DNA from: Bacillota bacterium
GTDB taxonomy: Bacteria; Bacillota; Sulfobacillia; Fermentithermobacillales; Fermentithermobacillaceae
Assembly (NCBI GenBank): GCA_050952125.1
Contig: JBMNKK010000003.1
Coordinates: 7,952-71,951 of the forward strand
Length of the DNA stretch: 64,000 nucleotides
Direction of reading: 5' to 3'
Made by a program: the position numbers and the translations under genes
Shown: positions 17,600 through 26,506 of the stretch, in pieces
Layout of the letters: every line of letters begins with the position of its first letter
Position numbering within the stretch: position 1 is the first letter of the stretch
Notes under the pieces: generated by a model
The model's input: the letters and a program-made list of their open reading frames with translations, nothing else
Told to the model about the DNA's origin: nothing
Database searches by the model: none

Positions 17600-18565
17600 G
17601 TGCAAGAGATGCAGCTACGAGACATCCAGTACGTTATAGCGGTGGCCGAGGCAAAGGGATTCTCTCGCGCAGCCGAGAGAATCCACATTAGTCAACCTGC
17701 TGTCAGCCAATCGATCCAGCGTCTCGAGGCCCGCTTGGGCGTCAAACTCTTTTACCGCGGGAGTAGCGGAGTATCCCTTACCCATGCGGGAGAGGTATTT
17801 GTCAAGCACGGAAAAGCCATAATCGCCGAGAGCGAGAGTCTCCTTCAGAGGATGGCGGAACTCAGGGAAGAGAGGGATCGTGAGCTCCGCGTGTCCGCCT
17901 CGCCGTTTTACCGGAAATGCTGGCTCGACAGAGTGCTGCCGGTGTTCTCTGAACGCCATCCCGATGTGCGCGTGAAAGTGGTCGAAGCGTTTTCGGATGA
18001 CCAGGAATCGATGCTGCAGAACGGCAAGGTTGACCTCATAGTCGTCCCTTACCTTCGCTCCATCCCGCGTGTGCACTTCCAGGAGCTGTTCTGGGATGAG
18101 ATAGCCCTCGCTGTCCCCGCCGAAAACCAGCTGAACCGCCTCCTGGAGCCGAAGAGGAAGTGTGGGCTTACTCCGGATGACCTGCGGCTGTTCTCCGGAG
18201 AAGATTTCGTCATGTACAAGGAAGGGCGCAGGATGCGCCAGAGGTCCATGGATCTCTGCCGGGAAGCCGGATTTGAGCCCAGAATTATCCTTGAAACCCA
18301 CAGCTGCGAGAGCATCAGTGAGGTCGTGCGAAGGGGTATGGGCATCGGGTTCTTGCCCATCTCCATACGGCTGCTCGGTCCGCCCGGCGAACAACCCGTA
18401 CTCTACCGGCTCCTAAGTTCGCTGGCCAAGAGATACGTGTCTATCGGGTATCTAGATGCCGGCCTCTCGAAGGCGGGCGAGCAGTTTGTGAGGACTGCCG
18501 CGGAGCTCTCCGAGACCTTTGGGGATGAGGCCGTTGCCTGGCCGGATAGCCCACAAGCGCCATAA
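17600..18565 (+). CDS. LysR family transcriptional regulator.
   Basis: N-terminal HTH (FSRAAERIHISQPAVSQSIQRLEARLGVKLF) plus a C-terminal substrate-binding domain. The start may be the Met at 17609. Confidence 0.9.
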   Translation: MQEMQLRDIQYVIAVAEAKGFSRAAERIHISQPAVSQSIQRLEARLGVKLFYRGSSGVSLTHAGEVFVKHGKAIIAESESLLQRMAELREERDRELRVSASPFYRKCWLDRVLPVFSERHPDVRVKVVEAFSDDQESMLQNGKVDLIVVPYLRSIPRVHFQELFWDEIALAVPAENQLNRLLEPKRKCGLTPDDLRLFSGEDFVMYKEGRRMRQRSMDLCREAGFEPRIILETHSCESISEVVRRGMGIGFLPISIRLLGPPGEQPVLYRLLSSLAKRYVSIGYLDAGLSKAGEQFVRTAAELSETFGDEAVAWPDSPQAP

Positions 18566-18633
18566 GCAAGTGTTATCCGCGTTTATACAGTACGGATATT
18601 TCACCCCGGAGGACGACAGGTGCTAGTCTTGGA

Positions 18634-20616
18634 TTGACGGAAATCGGAGGAACGGGGGATGTCTCTGTGGGTAAAGGCATAGCCGAGAAAATCCTGTCAA
18701 CTCACCTTGTGAGTGAAAGCTCGGACGGCAAAGACATAGTCCTTCACGTTGATAGCACACTGATCCACGATATGTCCGGTCCCCTTGCACTCATTGGCTT
18801 TGATGCTATGGGGATTGACGATATACAGGTCGATCTGCCGGTCGCATTCATCGATCACAACCTGGTTGGGATGGACTTCAGGAGCCCTGATGATCACCTG
18901 TTCGTGACCTCGGCAGCTAAGAAATACGGGATGATGCTCTCTTCGGCGGGGAACGGCGTCTGCCACAGCGTCTACTATCACCGCCTGGGCAGGCCGGGGA
19001 CGATCCTGGTTGGGGCGGATAGCCACAGCGCGACTGCCGGTGCCTTAGGCATGCTGGGGATCGGCCTCGGAGGCCTTGATGTCTCAGCGATCATGGGCGG
19101 CGAAGATCTCACGATCGCCAGGCCTCGCATAGTCAATGTCAACCTCACCGGCAGCCTTCGACCGGGTTCCTCCGCCAAAGACGTAGCCCTCGCCTTGCTG
19201 GGGCGCCTGGGAGTGAAGGGGTGCGTCGGGGCGATAGTGGAGTACACCGGCCCCGGCGTGAAGACGCTCTCTGTCCACGAGAGAGCCACCATAGCCAATA
19301 TGGGAGCGGAGATGGGCGCTACTACCTCAGTCTTCCCCTCGGACGATGTCGTGTACCGGTTCCTGAAGGCCCAGTCCCGAGAAGCGGATTTCGTCGAGAT
19401 CCTTCCCGAGCGCGACGCTGAATACAGCCGGACGCTCACGCTTGCCCTCGACTCCGTGAGGCCGATGGTGGCCGTTCCGCCCATGCCGGACCGGGCGGTT
19501 CCCGTCGATGAAGCAGGTGAGATTCCGGTCAATCAGGTTTACATCGGGAGCTGCGTGAACGGGTCCTACGTCGATATCGCGCGCGCGGCGCTAGTCCTGC
19601 ACGGCAGGCGTGTTCATCCTGACGTCACGCTCCTGGTTTCTCCGGGCAACCGGCAGGTGTTTCAGATGCTGTTGCGCGACGGTCACATCGCTACTTTGGT
19701 GGAGGCCGGAGCCCGTATCCTTGAGTGTGGGTGCGGTCCTTGCATTGGGCTCAGCCAGGCGCCGGCTTCCGGGAGCGTTACTGTGAGGACCACCAACAGG
19801 AACTATCCCGGGCGTTCCGGCACAAAGGATGCCGGCATCTACCTTACAGGCACCGAAACCGCGGCTGCGACGGCGGTGCTTGGATACTTGGCATCCGCGG
19901 ACAAGTTGATGGACGTGGCGCTGCTGGACACGGTTCGCGACCCAGAGGTCTACCCGGTTGACGACGCCCGGATCTATCGCTATGACCTGGAGCGGATTCC
20001 GACTCCGCTGCGTTGGGGCCCGAACCTCAAGCCCATGCCGTTGAAGGAGCTCCTCGAGACCGAGTGCTCGATGAGGGTGGTGCTTAAGGTTGGGGACGAT
20101 ACGACCACCGACGACATCCTTCCTCCGGGGCCTGAGGTGCTGGGCCTGCGTCCGAATATCCCCGAGCTTTCCAAGTACCTCTTCAGCCACATAGACCCGG
20201 GGTTTTACTCCAGGGCAAGGGAATACGGAAGCAGCGTTATCGTTGGCGGCGAGAACTACGGCCAGGGTTCCAGCCGCGAGCACGCGGCCATCGGCCCCAT
20301 GTATCTGGGCGTGAAGGCCGTGCTGGTGAAGTCTATCGCGAGGATCCACAGGAGCAACCTTATCAACTACGGCATAATGCCGCTCATCTTCGACGATCCG
20401 GGAGACTACGACCGGGTATCTCAAGGAGATCTGTTGGAGATGACGGACATCCCTCAGCAATTGGGACGCGACCAGGTAGTGATCCGCAACCGGACCACCG
20501 GGCGCGAGATAGTCGCCCGGGCTCACCTCTCGCCTAAGGAGCTGGAACTGGTCAAGGTGGGCGGATTGTTCCGCTACATCCGGAACAAACGGGAGGGGGC
20601 TGCCGGTAAGAGATGA
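18634..20616 (+). CDS. Aconitase-family hydratase (fused LeuC-like and LeuD-like domains, about 650 aa), paralogue 1. The likely true start is GTG 18667, by alignment with paralogue 2.
   Basis: Fe-S ligands (SHSATAG...; GSCVNGSY; ECGCGPCIG), a swivel-domain C-terminus and ENYGQGSSREHAA. Confidence 0.85.
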   Translation: MTEIGGTGDVSVGKGIAEKILSTHLVSESSDGKDIVLHVDSTLIHDMSGPLALIGFDAMGIDDIQVDLPVAFIDHNLVGMDFRSPDDHLFVTSAAKKYGMMLSSAGNGVCHSVYYHRLGRPGTILVGADSHSATAGALGMLGIGLGGLDVSAIMGGEDLTIARPRIVNVNLTGSLRPGSSAKDVALALLGRLGVKGCVGAIVEYTGPGVKTLSVHERATIANMGAEMGATTSVFPSDDVVYRFLKAQSREADFVEILPERDAEYSRTLTLALDSVRPMVAVPPMPDRAVPVDEAGEIPVNQVYIGSCVNGSYVDIARAALVLHGRRVHPDVTLLVSPGNRQVFQMLLRDGHIATLVEAGARILECGCGPCIGLSQAPASGSVTVRTTNRNYPGRSGTKDAGIYLTGTETAAATAVLGYLASADKLMDVALLDTVRDPEVYPVDDARIYRYDLERIPTPLRWGPNLKPMPLKELLETECSMRVVLKVGDDTTTDDILPPGPEVLGLRPNIPELSKYLFSHIDPGFYSRAREYGSSVIVGGENYGQGSSREHAAIGPMYLGVKAVLVKSIARIHRSNLINYGIMPLIFDDPGDYDRVSQGDLLEMTDIPQQLGRDQVVIRNRTTGREIVARAHLSPKELELVKVGGLFRYIRNKREGAAGKR

Positions 20617-22541
20617 ACCTGACGGAGAAGATCATCGCAGCCCATTTAGTTGACGGCTCGATGGAACCGGGTGCGGAGGTCGCGCTGAAGATAGATCAGA
20701 CGCTTACTCAAGACGCTCTCGGAACAGTGGCTTACCTGGCCTTTGAAACCATGGGCATCTCGCGCGTCAGGACGCGCCGCTCCGTGAGCTATATAGACCA
20801 CAACATGTTGTGTGTGGACAACAAGAACCCTGACGACCATGCCTACCTCCTCTCAGTCGCGAGGAAATACGGGATATACCTGTCCAGAGCCGGCAACGGC
20901 ATATGCCACTCTATCCACTGCGGCCGTTTTGCAGTCCCCGGCGAGACGCTGGCCGGGGGAGACAGCCATACTCCCTCATGCGGAGCGGTTGGGATGCTCG
21001 GTATCGGCGTTGGCGGGATGGATGTCGCTGCAGCAATGGCAGGGGAACCCCTGGTGATCCGCATGCCGGAGGTGGTGAACATCCGCCTGACCGGTGAGTT
21101 TCGGCCGGGGGTGAGCGCCAAGGACTTGGCGCTTACCATAGTCTCGACGCTTACGGTGAAGGGCGGCAACAACACTGTGCTGGAGTACAGCGGACCGGCA
21201 CTCCGGAACCTCTCAGTCCCGGAACGCTTTACAGTCGCGAATATGGGGGCCGAAACCGGCGCCACGAGTTCCATCTTCCCGGCAGATGAGCAAGTATATC
21301 GGTTCTTTCGGGCCCAGAATAGGGAGCACGACTATCGTCGCCTAGCCCCCGATGACGGCGCGTGTTATGGCCGTACGCTGGAGTTCGATTTGGCAGATAT
21401 TGAACCGGTCGTGGCCAGACCCTACCAGCCCGACAACGTGTGCCCGGTGAAGGATCTGGGGACTGTCAAGGTCGATCAAGTATTCATCGGGAGCTGCACT
21501 AACAGCTCCTATGCGGATCTCAAGACCGCGGCGGCTGTCCTGGACGGACACGTGGTTCCGGCGCACGTGAGCCTCGTGATTTCTCCAGGGACACTGCAAA
21601 ACTACCGGATGCTCGCGCGAGATGGGATACTTGACGTCTTCCTCCGCGCCGGGGCACGTATCCTTGAGTGCGGGTGCGGTCCGTGCGTGGGGATGGGGCA
21701 GGCCCCCATGACAGGCGGCGTGTCTGTGAGGACATCCAACCGTAACTTCAGAGGGCGCAGCGGCGCCGTCGATTCTCAGGTTTACCTGGCGAGTCCGGCT
21801 GTCGCGGCGGCCAGCGCTGTTGCGGGGTACATCTGCTCGGCAGATGCCGTAATAGACGTTTACAGGCTCGGCGGGATTCACGAGCCCGATGAGTATCCCG
21901 CGGACGACAACATGATCGTAGCTCCTGCTCCGGACGGGAGTTCTGTCGAGATAGTCCGCGGGCCAAACATCAAGCCTGTTCCGCTAGGTACTCCGATACC
22001 TGACACGCTATCGTGCAGCGTGGCCATCAAGGTTGGGGACAACGTATCAACCGATGAGATCGCTCCAACCGGCGCGGAGATCGGAGCCCTTAGGTCCAAC
22101 ATTCCCGCGTCCGCCAAGACGGTGTTCGCGAGGATCGATCCGAACTTCCATTCTAGGGCACTCTCGTACAAGAACAGCGTTATCGTCGCCGGAGAGAACT
22201 ACGGCCAAGGCTCAAGCCGGGAGCACGCGGCTCTGTTGCCGCAGTTTCTCGGAGTGAAGGTTGTCTTGGCGAAGTCCTTCTCGCGGATCCATCGGACCAA
22301 TCTCATAAACTGCGGGATACTCCCGCTGGTGTTTAAGTGTCCGGCAGACCTGGAGCATGTCGAACAGGGCGATCACCTGATAGTCCGCAGTGTTCTTGAG
22401 GGCATAGAGAGCGGATCGTTCCGCCTGGAAAATGCAACCCAGGGGAGAACCATCGACGCTGTGGGTGACTTCACTGCGAGAGAAAGAAGGCTCCTATTAG
22501 CAGGCGGCCTGCTGAATGCCATCAGGGGGAAGGCCGGCTGA
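20613..22541 (+). CDS. Aconitase-family hydratase (fused LeuC/LeuD-like), paralogue 2. Its start overlaps the stop of paralogue 1 (ATGA).
   Basis: Same architecture: GSCTNSSY, ECGCGPCVG and ENYGQGSSREHAA. Confidence 0.85.
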   Translation: MNLTEKIIAAHLVDGSMEPGAEVALKIDQTLTQDALGTVAYLAFETMGISRVRTRRSVSYIDHNMLCVDNKNPDDHAYLLSVARKYGIYLSRAGNGICHSIHCGRFAVPGETLAGGDSHTPSCGAVGMLGIGVGGMDVAAAMAGEPLVIRMPEVVNIRLTGEFRPGVSAKDLALTIVSTLTVKGGNNTVLEYSGPALRNLSVPERFTVANMGAETGATSSIFPADEQVYRFFRAQNREHDYRRLAPDDGACYGRTLEFDLADIEPVVARPYQPDNVCPVKDLGTVKVDQVFIGSCTNSSYADLKTAAAVLDGHVVPAHVSLVISPGTLQNYRMLARDGILDVFLRAGARILECGCGPCVGMGQAPMTGGVSVRTSNRNFRGRSGAVDSQVYLASPAVAAASAVAGYICSADAVIDVYRLGGIHEPDEYPADDNMIVAPAPDGSSVEIVRGPNIKPVPLGTPIPDTLSCSVAIKVGDNVSTDEIAPTGAEIGALRSNIPASAKTVFARIDPNFHSRALSYKNSVIVAGENYGQGSSREHAALLPQFLGVKVVLAKSFSRIHRTNLINCGILPLVFKCPADLEHVEQGDHLIVRSVLEGIESGSFRLENATQGRTIDAVGDFTARERRLLLAGGLLNAIRGKAG

Positions 22542-22580
22542 GGGGTGGGTTTAGCTGAAGGGTGGGGCGCTGACGCCCGG

Positions 22581-22624
22581 GCCGGGGGATGCCACCGCGG
22601 AGTGGTGAGCCGGGGGATGCCACC
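22581..22624. repeat. Direct repeat GCCGGGGGATGCCACC x2 (spacing 28 bp).
   Basis: Seen in sequence. Confidence 0.7.
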
Positions 22625-22649
22625 TTGATGCGGCGGTTTGGGCGCGGTA

Positions 22650-22755
22650 ACCAAGTGCCCAGCGTATCCGGCCAAACTTGCGGTGGATGTCCCGGATTTG
22701 TGTACGTGGCGACCAAGTGACCAGCATATCCGCCCAAACTGTCGTGGATGTCCCC
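22650..22755. repeat. Two copies of a roughly 44-bp unit (ACCAAGTGMCCAGCRTATCCGSCCAAACTKKCGTGGATGTCCC) separated by 18 bp.
   Basis: Seen in sequence. Confidence 0.7.
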
Positions 22756-23046
22756 ACCGGTGCATAGATCAGGGCAGGACATCCCCGCTGGTGCATATTT
22801 CCCGGGGAACCTTTCCGTCGGTGCATATTTCCCGCGAAACATCCCCACGGGCGCACACGTCCCAGCGAAACATCCCCACGGGTGCATACGTCCCGCAAAA
22901 CGCCCTCATGGGTGCAGACGCCGCGTGGATATACCCGCGAGTGCGCACGCCGCGTGGCCACCCTCGCCGGTGAACGGGCCGTGCGAATACCCCTCCGGCG
23001 CACAAAGCCCGCGGAACACTCCCACTGGCGGGCTTGCGATATCCGA
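22750..23046. repeat. About 10 contiguous degenerate copies of a roughly 30-bp unit (core ...CCCC-N3-GGTGCAYAYGTCCCGCGAA...). No spacers, so not CRISPR-like.
   Basis: Seen in sequence. The period is 29-31 bp with a conserved GTGCA core; the overlapping six-frame ORFs here show protein-level periodicity and are artefacts of the repeat. Confidence 0.7.
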
Positions 23047-23150
23047 TGTACAAAGGTGAGTGGGGAAGGGGCGCGCAGAGCGGAGTTCAGGGGAGAGAGA
23101 AGTGTAACCTATGCTGGGCAGTCAACCCGTGTTTGAGCTGTTTGAGTGGC

Positions 23151-23249
23151 GCGTCACTGCCTGCCAACCGGTGTTTTGGTGAGGCGCCACTGTCTGCCAA
23201 CCGGCGTTTCGGTGATGTGCCACTGTCTGCCAACCGGTGTTTGGGTCAC
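23151..23249. repeat. Three tandem 33-bp direct repeats (GYGYCACTGYCTGCCAACCGGYGTTTBGGTSAN) located 115-215 bp upstream of the XRE-family gene.
   Basis: Seen in sequence. Each unit contains the near-palindrome CCAACCGGTGTTTGG. Confidence 0.75.
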
Positions 23250-23364
23250 GCGCATGTTCTTTTCAACTGATGCTCGGGCTGGCCGCAACCGGAAGTTGCT
23301 AGGATGCCGGAAAGGCTTGTGCTAGTTTCGGAGAGAAATCACCCGGCATTAGGAGGTTACTCAC

Positions 23365-24243
23365 ATGATTAATATGGAGAGAACTGGGGCGAGGATCTCG
23401 GGGCTTCGTAAGGCTCGTGGCATGACTCAAGCCGAGTTGGCGGCTAGACTGATGGTGTCTCCTCAGGCTGTCTCCAAGTGGGAGACCGGGCAGTCGCTTC
23501 CCGATTCAGGGCAGCTTCTTGCGATATCTGAGTTATTCGGAGTGACCATCAACAGCATTCTGACGGGCGAGGTGCAGGTTGGAGAGCCCGTTCAAGCTCC
23601 AGCCCCAACCACTCCTCCGCGTTCCGATGCACCTTCCGATTCATCTTTCAATCCATCTTCCGATTCATCCTCCCCTGGAGATGAGGAGAGGACTGATGAG
23701 TCGGCCTCTGAATCCTCAACGCTCCGGACGATCATCGGCTTGGCGCCCTTCATTGATAGTGACACCCTCGGACAGCTGCTCGAGGACTGCGATTGGAGCG
23801 GCGCTACCGTCGGCCACCTGGAATCGGTGGCTGCGTTCCTATCCAGCGATGTGGTCGATCGGCTGCTGGATCGAGTACCTCATCCGTCTGCGTCCGAAGT
23901 CTTCAAATTGGCGCCCTTCCTTGGGGCGTCCAAGCTTTCGTCGCTGGTGGAGGGTATGGAAGAGGAGATCACGCTGGAGCAGCTACGGCGAGTTGCCGCA
24001 TTCCTTGTTCCTGAAGTGTGTTCGCGTCTATTCGAGAGACTACTGAATGAGCCCGGCGATCACAGTTTTGAGGCGTTGGCATCCTTCGCACCCTTCATTA
24101 CCACTGAAGCATTGGAGGCCTTGATTCGCGCCTTCCCGCCGCCCAACCTTGAGGCTCTTAGGAGAGTGGCTCCCTTTCTTGATGAAGAGGAAGTCGGTCG
24201 CTTGCTTCGCGGGCTGCTGAAGCGGGATACGGATAGAAGATAG
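23365..24243 (+). CDS. XRE-family (Cro/C1-type HTH) DNA-binding protein with a low-complexity Pro/Ser linker and six C-terminal tandem repeats of about 27 aa (consensus L-R-R-V-A-P/A-F-L-x7-L-L).
   Basis: N-terminal HTH_3 motif (LRKARGMTQAELAARLMVSPQAVSKWETGQSLP). Internal repeats seen directly (LAPFIDSD..., VAAFLSSD..., LAPFLGAS..., VAAFLVPE..., APFITTE..., VAPFLDEE...). Confidence 0.7.
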   Translation: MINMERTGARISGLRKARGMTQAELAARLMVSPQAVSKWETGQSLPDSGQLLAISELFGVTINSILTGEVQVGEPVQAPAPTTPPRSDAPSDSSFNPSSDSSSPGDEERTDESASESSTLRTIIGLAPFIDSDTLGQLLEDCDWSGATVGHLESVAAFLSSDVVDRLLDRVPHPSASEVFKLAPFLGASKLSSLVEGMEEEITLEQLRRVAAFLVPEVCSRLFERLLNEPGDHSFEALASFAPFITTEALEALIRAFPPPNLEALRRVAPFLDEEEVGRLLRGLLKRDTDRR

Positions 24244-24451
24244 CAGATAGCAGTGTACAGCCTGCTCTAGCCGATGCAAGCAGGTTCGGGCCTTTGCGAA
24301 TGAGCCGAAATGCGTGCACGGATGCACAGGTTATCGAAACCCCCTCATTAGCCATGGCTACGGAAGATCCTCGGCGGCGACCTTGCGAGGGTTAGTCCAT
24401 GCAGAAGCTTCCAACGGCAGCGCGACACTTGGCAAAGCCACATGGAATATG

Positions 24452-25312
24452 GTATATTTTGGAATAATGGTGGAGGTGGATGTCGTAGATTGGATGACAG
24501 ATCTGGTTGAGAGAGAGCTATCCCTTGACAGCGGACTCTCGCCTTCCGAGAAAGGTCTTTACATAGCGATAAAGACTCTTCGCCCTAATTCGCTTGTCGA
24601 ACTGGCTCGCCATGCGGGCCTCTCGCATTCATCGGTTTCACGGGCGTGTGCCGGCCTCGCGAGCAGAGGGTGGGTCAGGATTGAGGTGTCTAGCCGGGGA
24701 AAATGTGTGTCGGTTGCGGTTCCAGAAGTTGTGCAGGCAAGGCAGGCTGAACTGCTCAGAGAGATCTACTCCATGCAGCCGTACAAGGGTGAGTTCCTGC
24801 TCAAGGTATTGTTGGATGCATTTGTGCTCAGCCGCAAGTATGTGGAGAACGCCAGGCCTAGGTGGCTGATAAACCCTACCACAGGCGAATCGATGGAGGT
24901 AGATCGCCTGTACCTGCCGGAAGATGATGACCCTTTTGACTGCGGTAACGGTGGATTCGGCGACCCTCGCACGGCTACTGGGAAAGGCAACTCGCGCATG
25001 GCTAGCGGGGAAGGCGACTCCTACGGCTTCGAGTTTCACGGCCCACAGCACTTTGGACCTACAAAGGCCTATCCTGATGTTGAGGAGTTCAGGAAGACAC
25101 AGGCCAGGGATCTGATGAAGAAGGCGATATGCGCCGACAACGGAGTTAGGCTGGTGGTGGTCACCTACAAGGAGCTATCGCCGAAGGGGATTTTGAAGCG
25201 TATTCCGAAGACACTTGCTACGTGCCAGACGGCTGACCTTCGCGGCAGGTATCTGACTACGGTAGGCGAGCTATGCGCCAATTACCGAGCCAATGCCCGA
25301 GACCTTTGGTAG
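24452..25312 (+). CDS. Winged-helix (MarR/IclR-like HTH) protein with a C-terminal DUF559 / Vsr-like (PD-(D/E)xK endonuclease fold) domain. The ORF track begins it at 24314; the start is uncertain.
   Basis: HTH: VELARHAGLSHSSVSRACAGLASRGWV. C-terminus: FEFHGPQHF...RDLMKKAICADNGVRLVVV, which resembles the DUF559 motif E-[FV]-D-G-x-x-H...R-D-x(6)-L-x3-G-[WV]-x-V-x-R. Confidence 0.45.
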   Translation, partial: VYFGIMVEVDVVDWMTDLVERELSLDSGLSPSEKGLYIAIKTLRPNSLVELARHAGLSHSSVSRACAGLASRGWVRIEVSSRGKCVSVAVPEVVQARQAELLREIYSMQPYKGEFLLKVLLDAFVLSRKYVENARPRWLINPTTGESMEVDRLYLPEDDDPFDCGNGGFGDPRTATGKGNSRMASGEGDSYGFEFHGPQHFGPTKAYPDVEEFRKTQARDLMKKAICADNGVRLVVVTYKELSPKGILKRIPKTLATCQTADLRGRYLTTVGELCANYRANARDLW

Positions 25313-25367
25313 GAGTCCAATGCCTCTGGCCATAGGCAGCGAGTCTTGATATCAGTGAGGTAACCCA

Positions 25368-26381
25368 ATGGGCGGACCAGTACCGGACAATCTCAATGAA
25401 CCGAAACGTGCTGCGCGCCGAGCGCTAGCAGACTATATAGGGGTCAAGCCTGGCCCTTCTGGCTCCAGAGTGTGGGTCTTCACCGATCAGGGGCGAAGGT
25501 GGTTCGCCGATTGCCTGGCCGAAGCGGCTCTTGAGCTTAGGTGCAGGGCATGGGTCACCTGCCTTGCGGGAGACTTCTTTTCGGCAGAGGACCTGGGCCC
25601 GGTAAAGCGGATGCTTGCGCTGCTTGGACCTGACGACGTCGTCGTGTCGGCGTTTTCAGACTACTCGATGGGGAGGATCCCCTTTTCCGCGGTGTTCCCG
25701 AATTTCCGGTCACCCGAGGGTTTCCGCGGCAAATCCGCCGCCATTCGCGCTCACTATCCGGACGACGCTCTGGTGCAGCATCTACTTACGCCGCCCGACT
25801 CTGTGGATGCCGTAGCTGCCCGCTATCTGGCGCTGAGCAACGCGGGCCGGGTGCGGGTTACATCCGGGGGAGGCACCGACTTTGAGTGCGAGATCGGCAA
25901 GGCGATCCTGTTGCCTTACAAGGTTGGCAGCGGTGAGCGCCACGCTTTCTTGCCGCCCGCGGAAGTAGCCTTCGGTATCACCGCAGGAACCGCCCGTGGG
26001 CTGCTGATTGCCGATATCACGGCCAGTGACATCGTGATCGGCGGCAAGACGGTTGCGCGGTTGGGCCTTGTGGATGAACCCATTCGCGTGGAGATGAGCG
26101 AGGGCCGAATAAGCTCGATTTCCGGCGGTAGAACTGCGGAAACGTTGCGAGACTGGCTAGAGAGGCTGGGGCCTGAGAGCCGCTTGGCAGTTGAGTTGGG
26201 ATTTGGGTTGTCTGAAGGAGTGCCGACAGGGTCAGGCTCGGCCGATGAATGCCTGCAAGGCACGTTCCACGTTGGCTTCGGAGATGACTCGTTCTTCAAC
26301 AAATTGAACAAGGCCCCGGTGCATCTCGACCTCATTTGCCGGGGGCCGCGGGTCACGCGGATCGCCGTACCACGGCTATAG
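25368..26381 (+). CDS. Peptidase M29 (aminopeptidase T / thermophilic metalloprotease)-like protein.
   Basis: VRVTSGGGTDFECEIG, ELGFGLSEG and FHVGFGDD...VHLDLI resemble the M29 blocks (GTDLtf, EfGiGtN, HiAlG...H.D). At 337 aa it is short for the family. Confidence 0.45.
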   Translation: MGGPVPDNLNEPKRAARRALADYIGVKPGPSGSRVWVFTDQGRRWFADCLAEAALELRCRAWVTCLAGDFFSAEDLGPVKRMLALLGPDDVVVSAFSDYSMGRIPFSAVFPNFRSPEGFRGKSAAIRAHYPDDALVQHLLTPPDSVDAVAARYLALSNAGRVRVTSGGGTDFECEIGKAILLPYKVGSGERHAFLPPAEVAFGITAGTARGLLIADITASDIVIGGKTVARLGLVDEPIRVEMSEGRISSISGGRTAETLRDWLERLGPESRLAVELGFGLSEGVPTGSGSADECLQGTFHVGFGDDSFFNKLNKAPVHLDLICRGPRVTRIAVPRL

Positions 26382-26441
26382 TCTGCTGAACACGACGAAC
26401 GGGAGCCCCAGATCACGCGGATTGCCGGCACCTAGCCGTAT
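26341..26441. repeat. Tandem duplication (about 41 bp, period 60 bp) of the 3' end of the M29-like gene: the last 13 codons are repeated downstream of the stop.
   Basis: GGGgGCCgCgGgTCACGCGGATcGCCG... at 26341-26381 versus GGGaGCCcCaGaTCACGCGGATtGCCG... at 26401-26441. Confidence 0.5.
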
Positions 26442-26506
26442 CACTCCACGCTGAGTTTCTCAATCGCCTCAAAAGCTCGCAGGAGTAACCGCACACCGGC
26501 AGAGAA

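Noticed and set aside
22373-23136. Six overlapping ORFs (for example 22551-23003 minus, 22638-22973 plus, 22748-23059 plus) in the repeat island.
   Set aside because: They are on both strands and mutually overlapping, and their peptides show the DNA repeat periodicity (for example GVCTHEGVLRDVCTRGDVS). They are artefacts of stop-free GC-rich repeats.
22542-23364. Possible CRISPR array because of many about-30-bp direct repeats.
   Set aside because: The repeats are contiguous and degenerate, with no unique spacer sequences between them and no cas genes nearby. This fits tandem/iteron-like repeats, not CRISPR.
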